Assembly (NCBI RefSeq): GCF_009914755.1
Contig: NC_060942.1
Strand: one strand, 5' to 3'
DNA length: 64,000 nt
From: the human T2T-CHM13v2.0 reference genome, Homo sapiens
The translations under genes were made by a program, and so were the position numbers. The notes under the pieces were generated by a model that saw only the letters and a program-made list of their open reading frames with translations, did not search any database and had not been told where the DNA came from. Shown here in pieces: positions 44,261 through 64,000 of this stretch (position 1 is its first letter; every line of letters begins with the position of its first letter).

Positions 44261-47200
44261 TATTTTTAAAAGATGCTCACAGTTTTAAAGCAGAAAGAGA
44301 GGCTAAGAACGTCTACCACTTTCTTAGGATTCACTACATACTCATGATTTTGGGTTCATGAAGACACTTCTGTTGTGAGATATGTATCCCCCCTTTTTAG
44401 TCCAGCTCGGTAGATGAGTTTCATGCATGAGTTTACATTTGAGAGTGAGTTTGCCTCCTCTTTCCCCCCTTGCCTTATTCTCATATGTTATCTGTAAAAT
44501 ATTCTTTTTCAGTGTGCCTGTATGAAATCTGTTCTTAGAGGCTGTGGGAGCTTTAAGATTAACTATGGACTCGATAGTAATGCAATGGGGTCTGAGATCA
44601 CCCTGGCAGGCAAACACTTTGCGTGAGGTGTAATTGAAAACATTAGTACAACTAAATAACCCAGTTTCCATTCTAAGCTTAGTCCCCTGTGCGGCATTCA
44701 AGGCAAAGGAAGCCCTGACCAGCGCCACGTGAAAAAAAGTAAAAGAACATGGATTTCAGATAAGAATGATCCAGAAACCAAAGGAATTTGGGAAGGACTT
44801 TGTAGATGCAAAGGAGCAAATGCAGAACATGAAGAAAACTAAGAGGGCCTCCGTTCGGGTGGTGAACCCACTGAGCTTCAAAAGATGTTTAAGAAGCATC
44901 TAAATGAAAAACCTCCCTGGGCGTGGTCAGTTGCCAACTCAAAAGGATGAGGGAGACATCATCCTCCTGCCTAACTGCACCCCCCTTTCCTACTTAGAGC
45001 TTAGCAGGAGGGGGCTGTAATATGATTACTTGTTGAGAAAGGGATTTCTAGTTGCTGCTTCAGAGGAGACTGAAATGACCTATTGCTTTCCTTTGATGTT
45101 TTGTTTGCTGACACAACTGCTGGACTTTGAAATGCAGTAGAACTCTAATTTAGTTCAGGAACTTGTTTTTAAACATATATTTCAGTCAGAGAACTGATTT
45201 TAATCTAAAATCCACTTCTCCGAATTTTTAAAAATGCAAGTCTTTTCTTCACAAGAGGCGTAAGTTTCCTCCCCCATCTCATCACTTTCATTTGGCTTCT
45301 CCAATTCCCTCTGAGCTGGGAGCAGACTTCTGGAAACAAGACTGTTGTGGAGTGCATGGAAGAGAGTCCTAGCCCCCAGCTGTTCTGTTCCCTCACTGTG
45401 CCATGTACTGAACCTCATGGATGGCCTCTAAGACTGGACCTAGATCAGCCTTGCTGCCAATTCTAGAGGCCTGCTAGGCCCAAAGAGGTCCCAGTGGAAA
45501 GGACATAAGGACATGGCAGGCAGAGTGGGCTTCTCTCCTTCCAAGCTGGTTTGGGGAGAAAAATCAAACAGGTTAATTGCACATCTTCATTAGTTGACTT
45601 TCCCCTGTGGGCTGGTCCTGTGGTGTGACCTAACCTTTAGTAAAGATAGTTATGCTAAAGTAACTAGGCACAGATGGGCTTTAGGCTAGAAATCCATCTT
45701 CCCTCTGTCTCTGTCCTTTTCTCTGAGAAGTGTCCTTACTGCTTGAACCTCAGCAGAAGAGGTGGCCACTGCAAGGGCTGGGTGGATAATGTGCACCCTA
45801 TAGGCCAAGTTCTGCTTCACCTGTGTTCTTGGAACTGCACAGTTTTCTTTTTTTCCTTTCTTTCTTTCTTTGTTTTAAAATTTGAATGTCAGTGTCTTTA
45901 AAAAGGGCACAAACTCTCCAGGTCACTGTTAATCCCTAAATCCACTCTTTACAGGCAGCCCATTTGGCTTATTCTGTGTTACCTAACACCACTGTGGGCT
46001 TCTGACCTTTCAACCTCTGGTGAGTGAAAAATTCTCAGTTAACAGCCTCAGAGCCAGCTTTAGATCCTGACGTTCCAGGGCCCTTGGAGAAGAAAAGGTG
46101 GATCAAAGAGTAACCAATAGCTCAGTCTATGAGCTATTGGTTTAAAATGAGATTTAAAAATCCAGTGAAGCCACTACTGGGCCTCCTGGTTCTGCATTTT
46201 CTGTGGATGCCTGCACCTGGTGGGCGCTCTGAAGACCACTTACAGGGTGGGACAACTGCCGAATTGCAAACCCCATGAGGTTCTGCTTGGAGTTTATGTC
46301 AACATAGATCTTGTCTTTTCTCAGCCTGTTTCCATCAAAGCAATGCTTAATTGGGGGCTGATCTGGGATCTGGGAAAGAAGGGGAGAGGGCAGTCATTCT
46401 TTCACTGGATGCATTTAATTTTACTCCACCTAACAAGTTCAAAATGCCCTGGAGTTTCATTCTTCCTTCCCTTCCTCCTCACACTTTTCCATCCTTTCCC
46501 TTCTTTGACTCCCAAACCCAAATGGGGTATAAGTGGAGCAGATAGGGGTTGGGTAGGGGTGAGAAACATTGTAGATCTTTATTTTATTCACCTCAAGCCC
46601 CACATTAAATCCCACATCCGTGTTTGCTAAAACATATAAGGTTCTGCAACCCCGGTCATGTCCTTGGAGACCATTTAAAGTCATAAAATAAGCAATGTGT
46701 ACTTTTTTGGAATGGTCAGTCATTTAAAACTATCATAGAACCAGCAAATGCACTATGAAACAGAAAGCAACATTCACTTTTTAAAAAGCTAAAACACAGG
46801 ATTATAAAGACATTTGATGCTTTTTGCAGGTTTCTTTCAAATAGTTCCCTGTATCTCAGGGGATAGCTTTCAACTCTCCTTTGCTATTAGGAATATTTGG
46901 GTGAAAGTTTGAGAAACCGTGTGAAATTCTGGCAAATCTTTTTAGAAAAGTCTGCTTTTGTATCTGAGAGGAGTATTTTCTTATTTCGGGTGTTCATGGA
47001 ATAAGGAATCATGTAGCCCTTGGCTGGACACTTAAATGTGTTCCTGGACTTGCCAAAAAGACTTGGGTTGAGTCACTGGACTTGACTTCAAATTCCCATT
47101 CAGAGACCACTGGGACTGTAAAACCTTTTGCTGCTGAGTCCATTTCTTGTAACTGGCTCCACATATTTAAGAATAAATAATTCAGCTCTGTTAGTGATGG

Positions 47201-48257
47201 TTTTGGGATCCCCCTCTACAGCCCCAGCACAGTTATCCTGGTTTGTAGGAGCAGCACCCAGCATTCACATTTTCTCTGTTCTGCATTTGTTGGAAAGTAA
47301 ATAAGCAGCAGTAAAGAAGCTGTATTGTGCATGTTTTCTGCCTTGGGTGGCACCTGGAATTTGCTGAATTTGCTGAGTGCAACTTTAAAAGGCTCCTGAG
47401 CCGCACCTTTTTCATGCCATGCAAGTCAAATGGAAAACCAAATAATCAGCATAAGCAAGCTGTGAGTCCTTTCTCTTGGTCTCAACTGACTCCAGACCCT
47501 GTTGTGGAATTCCAGTGCTTCTTTTCTCCCCTCTTCCAGCTGTTAAGTCTCCATGACTGGACTTAAACAACCATCTCCTCTCCCCCTCTCAGAGAATCAA
47601 TCACTGATTTTGCATAATACTTAGGACATTGTGGTACAAAAAAAAAAAAAAAATTGAGGGCCCCCCAAAAACCCAAAAACAAACAGAAACCCGCCCATCT
47701 CCACTGATTTTCTAGGATGTCTCGTTTATTTTATGTCAGTCTCACTAGAACTTAAAAATTACTTTTAAAGTAATAAAGCTGATTTTCACATGCCTTGTAT
47801 AGACTTTCACTAATGCCAAGCAAAGGCATTTTGCCCAGATTGCTTTCCCCAGCTCATATACAGAGTTGAAAGCAGGGAATGGGGTGAAGTGGAATGGAGG
47901 AAGAACAGATGTAAATACTAAGCATATTGCAGGTTCAGTGACTCGCCCCAGAATGGGACCCTGTCTTAGATCCTACAAATTCCTGTTCAATCCTTCTAGG
48001 CAAGATGCTTAATTATTGTTATGTGTAGGGAAGAAAATTGTTAGCAGCAGAAGGTATCCGAGTCACGTGGCACCAAAATGTATCACTAGTAGCGAATATC
48101 CAAGTTACCTTAATAGAATCCGTATGGGTCTGCAGCAACCTCAATTCCTACATCCTCAGAAGAAAGAATTCAACTCAGGGTCATACGGCAGAAAAAGAGA
48201 CTGAGGCAAGTTTCAGAGCGTTTATTAAAACGCTTTAGAGCAGGAACATAAGGCAAG

Positions 48258-49242
<985 letters not shown>

Positions 49243-50945
49243 CAAGTACACCTGGAAGAGAGCCAATGGACGCCCTGGAGGTCAAGTGCCCCGTTTGATC
49301 TTGAACCTAGGATTTTATACGCTGGCCTACTTCCCGCATCTTGTGCCCCTTTCCCTTATTCTTCTCTTAAGGTGAACCGCCCACATGCATAGTGCCCTGC
49401 TTGGGATTGGGAGGTGAGCATGGGCAGTGTGTTTAAGAAGTTGTATGCGTGATCACCTGAGGCTTTCTTCCCCTTTTCCAGTGGAACGCCCCTAGAAGGT
49501 CATACGCTGCCATTTTGTCTCTTAATGCGCATGCTCAAGCCCACTGGCCCAATTCCTGAGATCTTATTGGAAGCTGCCGACTACCAATTTCAAGTGTATT
49601 CATCTGTTGGGAAACTGCCTCTCCCTGTTGTGGCCATGATCAATGATCATTTTAGAGAGGCAGTGTGACAACTGCCAAACCATCCCCTGATCATCACCTG
49701 ACATTCCTGGCGGGTTGGGAGGGGAGCCCTTCTCTGCCCCGCTCATGCCTGACTAGCTACCTACTGTAACAAAATCTGTATCATGTCTTCCCAGTGATTC
49801 TATATTTTGGTAATACAGAATCAACCTGTGGAGAAGGCAGCATGATGTAGTGAACAAAGCTTCAGCAGGCCAGGATTTAAATCCCAGAGCCACCATTTAT
49901 TGGCCATGTACCATTAAATATGTGTTACAGGCCTCTCCTGGGCCTCATTTTTTTCATCTGCAAAATAGGAAATGATGGCAAGGATCAAATAAGATGACAA
50001 CTATGAGAAGCACGCCCAAAGCTAGGCACACATTAAATGTGTTTCCCTTCCCTTCTTAAGTCAGAGTTTGGACTCTGAACATAATGTAACTCCCCACCAA
50101 GAGCTGACTGTGACTATGGGCACTGTTTCTATGAAGGGAGCTCTTGGTGGCCCTTTGTTGTAACTGTTGATTGCACACATCTGGAAACCATGACAACCGT
50201 TTTGCTTTTAGTTCAGCTTGGCCCAAATGTAGCTCTATATAAGGCAGCTTCCATACTTCAGTTTTTCCCAACACATCATAGCTTGGCTTGAATTTGGGCA
50301 GAAGGGTGGGTGCCAAAGGAAATGTACAATGTCTGAGAAAAATTCTTATTCAACTAACAATTACCCAGATCTGTATGGCCCCACTAGGGCACTGTTCCTG
50401 GAGCTTTTGTGTACATTCTCCCACTGAAAATGCAGTGGGAAGCTTTATGATGATGCCTACTTTGCAGGTGTTTCGATGACTCTGGGTGGTTTAAGTGACT
50501 TTCCAAAGTCACAGAGATAATAAGGCATAGACTTGGGATAAGATCCCAGGCTTCTGACATGGAAAAAAGCAGGTCACAAGGATTTGCGGTGTTAGAAGAA
50601 CAGCAGCTGTAGCGTCTGCCTGCCAGTGTGCCTTGAGTTGACACTGTCCACAACAAGTACTGGAAGGCAGGAGAGGGGAGGTCCTATGTAAGTTTCCTTG
50701 GCCTTTAGAAGAAACCCTGTGTCCAGGCTCTCTGTCAACTAAGTCACATATCGAACTGGGGCAGGTAGTGATATATGGCTAATTAAATGTGCCATGTAAA
50801 CAATATCTGACCACTAATTTTAAAAAACAGTTTGTAAAACATTCCTGGCATCATTTAATCTTTTGGGGTTTTCGCTTGTTGTATTCAGAAGGTATTTTAG
50901 GACCAACCTTAATTGTCATGCATTCATTCAACGAATATTTATTAA

Positions 50946-51284
<339 letters not shown>

Positions 51285-52148
51285 TAAAACTCTTTAACAC
51301 AAACTCTTCAAAGTGACATCTTTTGTAACCTTCATAGGTTACAAAAGGTATTGATATATTAACAGATTGAGATTTGATTGCGGGGGGGCGGGGCAGGGGG
51401 AGAATGCTAAAAAAATAAGTCAGCTTTCTTTTCTGTAACTATTTAAAAGAATGCAAAGTAATTCTACAGGCAATTCCTTGGTGGGCTTATTTGGTAATTT
51501 TTTTTTTCTTTTCCATTTTCCTCTTGCTCTTTGGTTTGTAGGAGAACCGCTTTATTCCCAGGAGGCAATTTTGAGTCCCAACATGTCCTGCATCATCTCC
51601 TGTGCCCATTGCCAAAGGAAGGCGACCAGAGCGTGGGTTTCAGCACAGCTCTGATTGGATGATAAGCAAGGAGAGTAATATGCTGCTAGGAGGTTAGAGA
51701 AAAGAAAATACTAGAATATACCAGAATGTAGTGTTTCCACTTCCCTCCCTCCAAATCAAAAGCCTCATGAATGAAATTATGACCATTATTCAAGTGCAAT
51801 TATACTGAGTATGTAAAATGGAAACACTGAAAGTAAATCATACATTTGGATATTACATTTCATATTTGAGAACATGCCAGAAACATTGTATTATTGTTGA
51901 GTGTAATGTCAGGAGACAAACTTCTACGCATTTTATACATAAATTTTTCCATTTTCTCTGTTTCCCATTTATGTCAAGTTGAACACATGGTATGACTTTT
52001 AATATTCTCTCTTCCTTCTCCTTCCCCACATTGAATGTCAAGTGATCACACTCAATCTTGATTATCCTAAATTTACCCTTAGGACCTGTCACCCCATTGG
52101 GTGTTGCCGCCAGAACAAGAGGGTTTTTTAATTGGTATAAAAAGGAGA

Positions 52149-52445
52149 GGCCAGGCTTGGTAGCTCATGCCTGTAATTCTAGCACTTTGGGAGGCTGGGG
52201 CGGGAAATCCCTTGATCCCAGGAGTTTCAGACCAGCCTGGGCAACATGGTGAGACTCTGTCTCTATAAAAAAAAAAATTTTTTTTTTTAATTTAGCTGGG
52301 TGTGGTGGCATGCCCTGTAGTCTCAGCTACTATGGAGGCTGAGGTGGGAGGATCACTTGATCCTGGAAGGTGGAGGCTGCAGTAAGCTGAGTGGCACCAG
52401 TGCACTCCTGTCAAAAGAGAGAGAGGAGAGAGAGAGAGAGAAAGA
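52149..52445 (+). mobile_element. AluJ with (GA)n tail
   Basis: Degenerate dimer just upstream of the CETN1 promoter. Confidence 0.8.
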
Positions 52446-52569
52446 GGAAGAGTCCCTAAAGAAACCTATAAAACTGGGGTCTTATGGATGCTAGCACATA
52501 TCTTGGAAAGAACTGCCAGCGCCAGTGGATTACAGAAGACAACTGTGGCTACAGGCTGTTCTTGCCAGC

Positions 52570-53300
52570 TCAGGCGTCAACTCGTGGAAACCGGTTAATG
52601 ACCCGAGGGGACAGCGGATTCTCGCCTAAGCAAGATCCCGCAGATGGGAGGGCGTAGGAAGAGGTTCCCCGGGCCGGCTCCAGGCCCCAGCGGGCGTGGG
52701 CGTTGGCAGTGAGCGAGGGGTGGTCCCGCGCCGCGCCGGCGGGGGGCGCCCGAATGAGAGCGCGGGGCGGTGCCGTTGGGACCACGGCGGCCAGAGCGGC
52801 AGGATGGCTTCCGGCTTCAAGAAGCCCAGCGCTGCCTCCACCGGCCAAAAGAGAAAGGTGGCACCTAAGCCCGAGCTCACTGAGGATCAGAAGCAAGAAG
52901 TTCGGGAAGCATTTGACCTCTTCGACGTGGACGGAAGTGGGACCATCGACGCGAAGGAGCTGAAGGTGGCCATGAGAGCGCTGGGCTTCGAACCCAGGAA
53001 GGAAGAGATGAAGAAAATGATCTCCGAGGTGGACAGGGAAGGCACGGGGAAGATCAGCTTCAATGACTTCCTGGCCGTGATGACGCAGAAGATGTCCGAG
53101 AAGGACACCAAAGAAGAAATCCTGAAGGCCTTCAGGCTCTTTGATGACGATGAGACCGGGAAGATCTCGTTCAAAAACCTGAAGCGTGTGGCCAACGAGC
53201 TGGGGGAGAACCTCACGGATGAGGAGCTGCAGGAGATGATCGACGAAGCTGATCGGGATGGGGACGGCGAAGTGAACGAGGAGGAGTTCCTTCGGATCAT
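52570..53300. promoter_or_regulatory. CpG island covering the CETN1 promoter and CDS
   Basis: High GC and CpG density versus flanks. GC-box GGGGCGG near 52764, CRE half-site CGTCA at 52575-52579, MYB-type CCGTTG at 52773-52778. Confidence 0.8.
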
Positions 53301-53322
53301 GAAGAAGACCAGCCTTTACTGA
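52804..53322 (+). CDS. CETN1: Centrin-1 (four-EF-hand centrosomal Ca-binding protein), intronless retrogene, 172 aa
   Basis: ATG at 52804 (AGGATGG, strong Kozak context) gives [49 protein letters not shown]...KKTSLY. EF-hand loops [36 protein letters not shown] and [12 protein letters not shown]. No introns. Confidence 0.97.
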   Translation: MASGFKKPSAASTGQKRKVAPKPELTEDQKQEVREAFDLFDVDGSGTIDAKELKVAMRALGFEPRKEEMKKMISEVDREGTGKISFNDFLAVMTQKMSEKDTKEEILKAFRLFDDDETGKISFKNLKRVANELGENLTDEELQEMIDEADRDGDGEVNEEEFLRIMKKTSLY

Positions 53323-53988
53323 AGTCGGTTCAGAAGCTAAAGTGACTCTCTGGGTTGCCTGCTTCCATTTTGTGAAACCTTAGAGGACAGCGGCTGCCTG
53401 TCCCTTCTTCACCCCCTCACCCCCATAATTTGTCTAGATCTATTTCCATATCTCTAGTTCAATAATAGAATTTGAAAGATGCTTGTAATGTGAGTTTTGG
53501 GTTTTAATTCTCAAGAGTCAACCTGGAGCACATGAGGTTAAACAAAGGGCCCTGAAGTTTGAGTGCGCCCTCCATTTGCCCTGTGCTGAACTTGCTGTTC
53601 ATCTGTTGATCTGGAGGCAGGACAGCTTCTGGGACACACAAAAATGTGGTTCCCTTTGTCACTTCTTTGGTGGTCTTAAATTATCTTGCTTCATATATCA
53701 TTCCTTAAATTCCAGTCATTGTTCCAGCATAATGAGATGGAATCTGCCAGTAGATTTGCCTAGCCTGTCCACTTAGCTGAATACCAGTTTGAAGGAAAAC
53801 AGGGTGGCCACTTACAAACTTACGGAGCTCAGGACAGATAATCTTATAAAGAATAGACTTGCTTGGGTGGTAGTACGTTGTGCAATTTTGACTATTCACT
53901 GGCTTTATACCTGCAAATGATTCTTCGTTCATGTGTAAATTGTCCACCATGGGTTTATCTAGGGCTAGTATGTATACCTGGGCTACAG

Positions 53989-54000
53989 AATAAAAATAAA
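53989..54000 (+). terminator. Candidate CETN1 polyadenylation signals (tandem AATAAA)
   Basis: AATAAA at 53989-53994 and 53995-54000, ~670 nt after the stop. Use not verifiable from sequence. Confidence 0.45.
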
Positions 54001-55499
54001 ATCTAATACTGGCCCAAGCAAAGTATAATTTGCTTAAGAGGTTACGCTAACAAACGATTTTGAGTAAATATTTACAAATGTAGGATCTTAGTTTAGGAAA
54101 TTATAACAAATACCTTAATATAACATTTTAAGCTACTTATAGTCCTTGGAAATAGCAACAAATATCTTAGTTATTGGACTATTATAACCTTAGTCATCTT
54201 ATTACTGCTTGATTATGAGACACTCTCCCTGCTAATCCTTAGAACATCTTGGTTCTTGGTACTTGACTTTTAGCCCCTCTGACATATAGTTGATGTCAGA
54301 GTGTCTGGCATTTCAGTAGTGCTCTATTTTACAAATCCCAGTAAACTGCTCCACTGTGGCTTGTTTATGTGTTAATACTGCTTGTTTTCTGTTATAAATT
54401 ATTTTTTGCTTTGGAGTAAGATATCATCATTTTGCATAGCTACAAATCTGAAGTTAAAGAAAATTTTAAAAATGTAATTGTGGGAAAATAACAAATAGAT
54501 CTGCTGAGATGGAGGCTTTGACTAATGTTTTAATAACAGGCAACAAAACAAAGAGGCAGGATATTTTGGTCACAACTAAACCTAAATTAAATCCTCATAC
54601 AAAGCCCCATTAAGATAAATGCTCAAATTCTGGGAACATTTCACTTGCTTTGCCAGCAATTTTACCCTTCAGAGGGTGTGGATCTAATCAGGGGAACAAA
54701 CTACCCTGGGCTTAATTCTCATTAACAGGGACTAATTTGTCAAAGCGGCAGTACTAGCTGAAGTGATGGGTATGGAAGCATTCACTGTGAGGATTTTGCT
54801 GAGGTGCCTGGCACAGGGTAGGGGAACTCACCCAGGCTGCAAGATGCTAACAGTTCAGGTTCAAGGTCTTAGTGTGGACTAAGGTGCAGTCAGGATGGGA
54901 ACAGGTGCAACTTGGGCCAACATCAGTATGAAGGGCCTGATCTGAGGGCAGGGGAAGGAGGGGGCATTCTGGGAAGCAAGAGTTCCTGGTATCCTGTTGA
55001 CCAGAGTCTTGGCCCAAGGATCAACGTATGAATTAAAGTAGAAATACCAGAAACAAAGAAAGTTGGCAGAAACTAGGAGAAGCAGAGTCTCAGCCAACTG
55101 GACTGGGCTCAGCCTTGGCTACTGGCCCGGCAGATGATAGAAGAGAAAACCAGGAACCCAGGCTGAAGCCCAGTGGTTGGGCTGGCCACACACCATGCAT
55201 AGCCTTAAAGGGGTGGCCTAAGGGCATGGTCCGCTCCAAAAAAGGAAAGGGGGCCCCAGAATATTTCTGAATCCCACTCACTGCCAGGGAAGAACCTCTC
55301 AATTCACTCAATAGTGCATTCTCCTGCTTCTCAATAGGCTAATACTCTAGAGAATATGGGGACAAGGGGAGGAGGGTCTAGTGGAACAGGTCTAAACTGG
55401 CGTTTGAATTTTAAGATAAGTTAATCATACATTGGCTGGGTCAGCCATGTCTCTTAGTCTTTACAAAAGTAGAACACAAAAAAATTCAATGGAAATCTA

Positions 55500-55889
<390 letters not shown>

Positions 55890-56174
55890 CTATCACAAAT
55901 GGTCCCAATAAAGAGAAAGCAGGACTCATGTTTAAGAAACCCATGAGATGTGTATGGACCTCATGGAAGAGCTCTTGCTTTCTAATGATCTACGTAACAG
56001 ATGAAAAGCAGAGCATAGGGCTAAGGATGAAAATACAACAGTAATAAGGTATTAATATATTATTAAGAAAGCTAATGCTCCACATAAGCAGAGGACATTA
56101 AAGGGACTTTTTTTTCTTAAGGATATCTTAATGTTTTAAATGAGAAGACATAGAAAGGGATAGGTCCAACTCTT

Positions 56175-58550
<2,376 letters not shown>

Positions 58551-58552
58551 GA

Positions 58553-58879
<327 letters not shown>

Positions 58880-59001
58880 TGAGAAAACTGTTTTCAATTA
58901 TAAATAAGAAAAAATAAAAGATTATATTTTGCCTTTATTCCTTCTCTAATGCTGTTCTTTAAGTAGATGTGAATTTCTGAACTACATACTTTTTCTTTAC
59001 T

Positions 59002-59245
59002 CTTGAGAGGTTGTTTGGAGGTTCCAGCAGGGGACCACAGCTACTCGTATACCCTTGACCAAAGACTGGTCCTTGTCTATCAAGGATGGTCGTCTTCTTC
59101 CACCAAGCACACAGCTTCTGGAGGGACGCACATGGAGTGGTGAGGGAGGAAGGGGACACCCGCCTAGCCAGCTAGATCAGCCAAGCAGAATAAACCCTGG
59201 TAGTCAATGGGGTGACAGTGTCGCAGCCAGATTGCCCTCACATCC
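59002..59245 (-). pseudogene. 7SK snRNA retropseudogene, 3'-truncated (~nt 1-240)
   Basis: Reverse complement reads GGATGTGAGGGCAATCTGGCTGCGACA-CTGTCACCCCATTGA...GGCTAGGCGGGTGTCCCCTTCCTCCCTCACC...GGTCAAGGGTATACGAGTAGCTG...GAACCTCCAAACAACCTCTCAAG, matching 7SK with CpG decay. Confidence 0.93.
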
Positions 59246-59249
59246 AACT

Positions 59250-63840
<4,591 letters not shown>

Positions 63841-63841
63841 C

Positions 63842-64000
63842 TTTTTTTTCTTTTTTTTTTGAGATGGAATTTCACTCTTGTCGCCCAGGCTGTAGTGCAG
63901 TGGTGTGACCTCTGCTCACTACAACCTCTGCCTCCCACGTTCAGGTGATTCCCCTGCCTTACTCAGCCTCTGGAGGAGCTGGGATTACAGGCACCCGCCA
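63842..64000 (-). mobile_element. Alu (cut by window end)
   Basis: Poly-T then GAGATGGAATTTCACTCTTGTCGCCCAGG. Confidence 0.9.

Noticed and set aside
46112-46135. tRNA D-arm/A-box resemblance (ATAGCTCAGTC..GAGC)
   Set aside because: No anticodon arm, T-loop/B-box or acceptor stem follows.
44342-46630. 128-aa and 136-aa ORFs in repeat-poor DNA
   Set aside because: Non-ATG starts, no recognisable domains or codon bias, and no supported splice structure.
52887-53300. 137-aa antisense ORF over CETN1
   Set aside because: Ser/Phe-rich shadow of a GC3-biased coding strand. No independent evidence.

Overview
Human genomic DNA, repeat-rich and mostly intergenic. The intronless centrin-1 gene places it at 18p11.32, from my recollection between COLEC12 and CLUL1; neither neighbour is visible here. 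Main contents: (1) the CETN1 retrogene (CDS 52804-53322, 172 aa) inside a CpG island; (2) a full-length human-specific LINE-1 (L1HS, pre-Ta ACG/G diagnostics, ~8091-14141) with open ORF1, ORF2 and ORF0, inserted in the A-tail of an older Alu; (3) a two-LTR THE1A MaLR provirus; (4) two related ERV1 solo LTRs with 4-bp TSDs, one nested in a MER50-like LTR; (5) a 3'-truncated, tailless 7SK retropseudogene; (6) DNA transposon fossils (Tigger2a, MER1A, MER6, MER45A, MADE1), old L1 fragments, about 40 Alus and several microsatellites. Most small ORFs in the track are Alu, L1 or microsatellite artefacts. I found no convincing new multi-gene system. The most notable observations are: ORF1p lesions (T203M, loss of T222) in an otherwise intact L1HS; the Alu+L1 composite bounded by a single TSD; an 11-copy palindromic-core array with variable microsatellite spacers; an apparent ancient 3' transduction behind an L1PB fragment; and an internally deleted AluY next to an inverted AluY. 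Repeat subfamily names are from memory of consensus sequences, not from a search.
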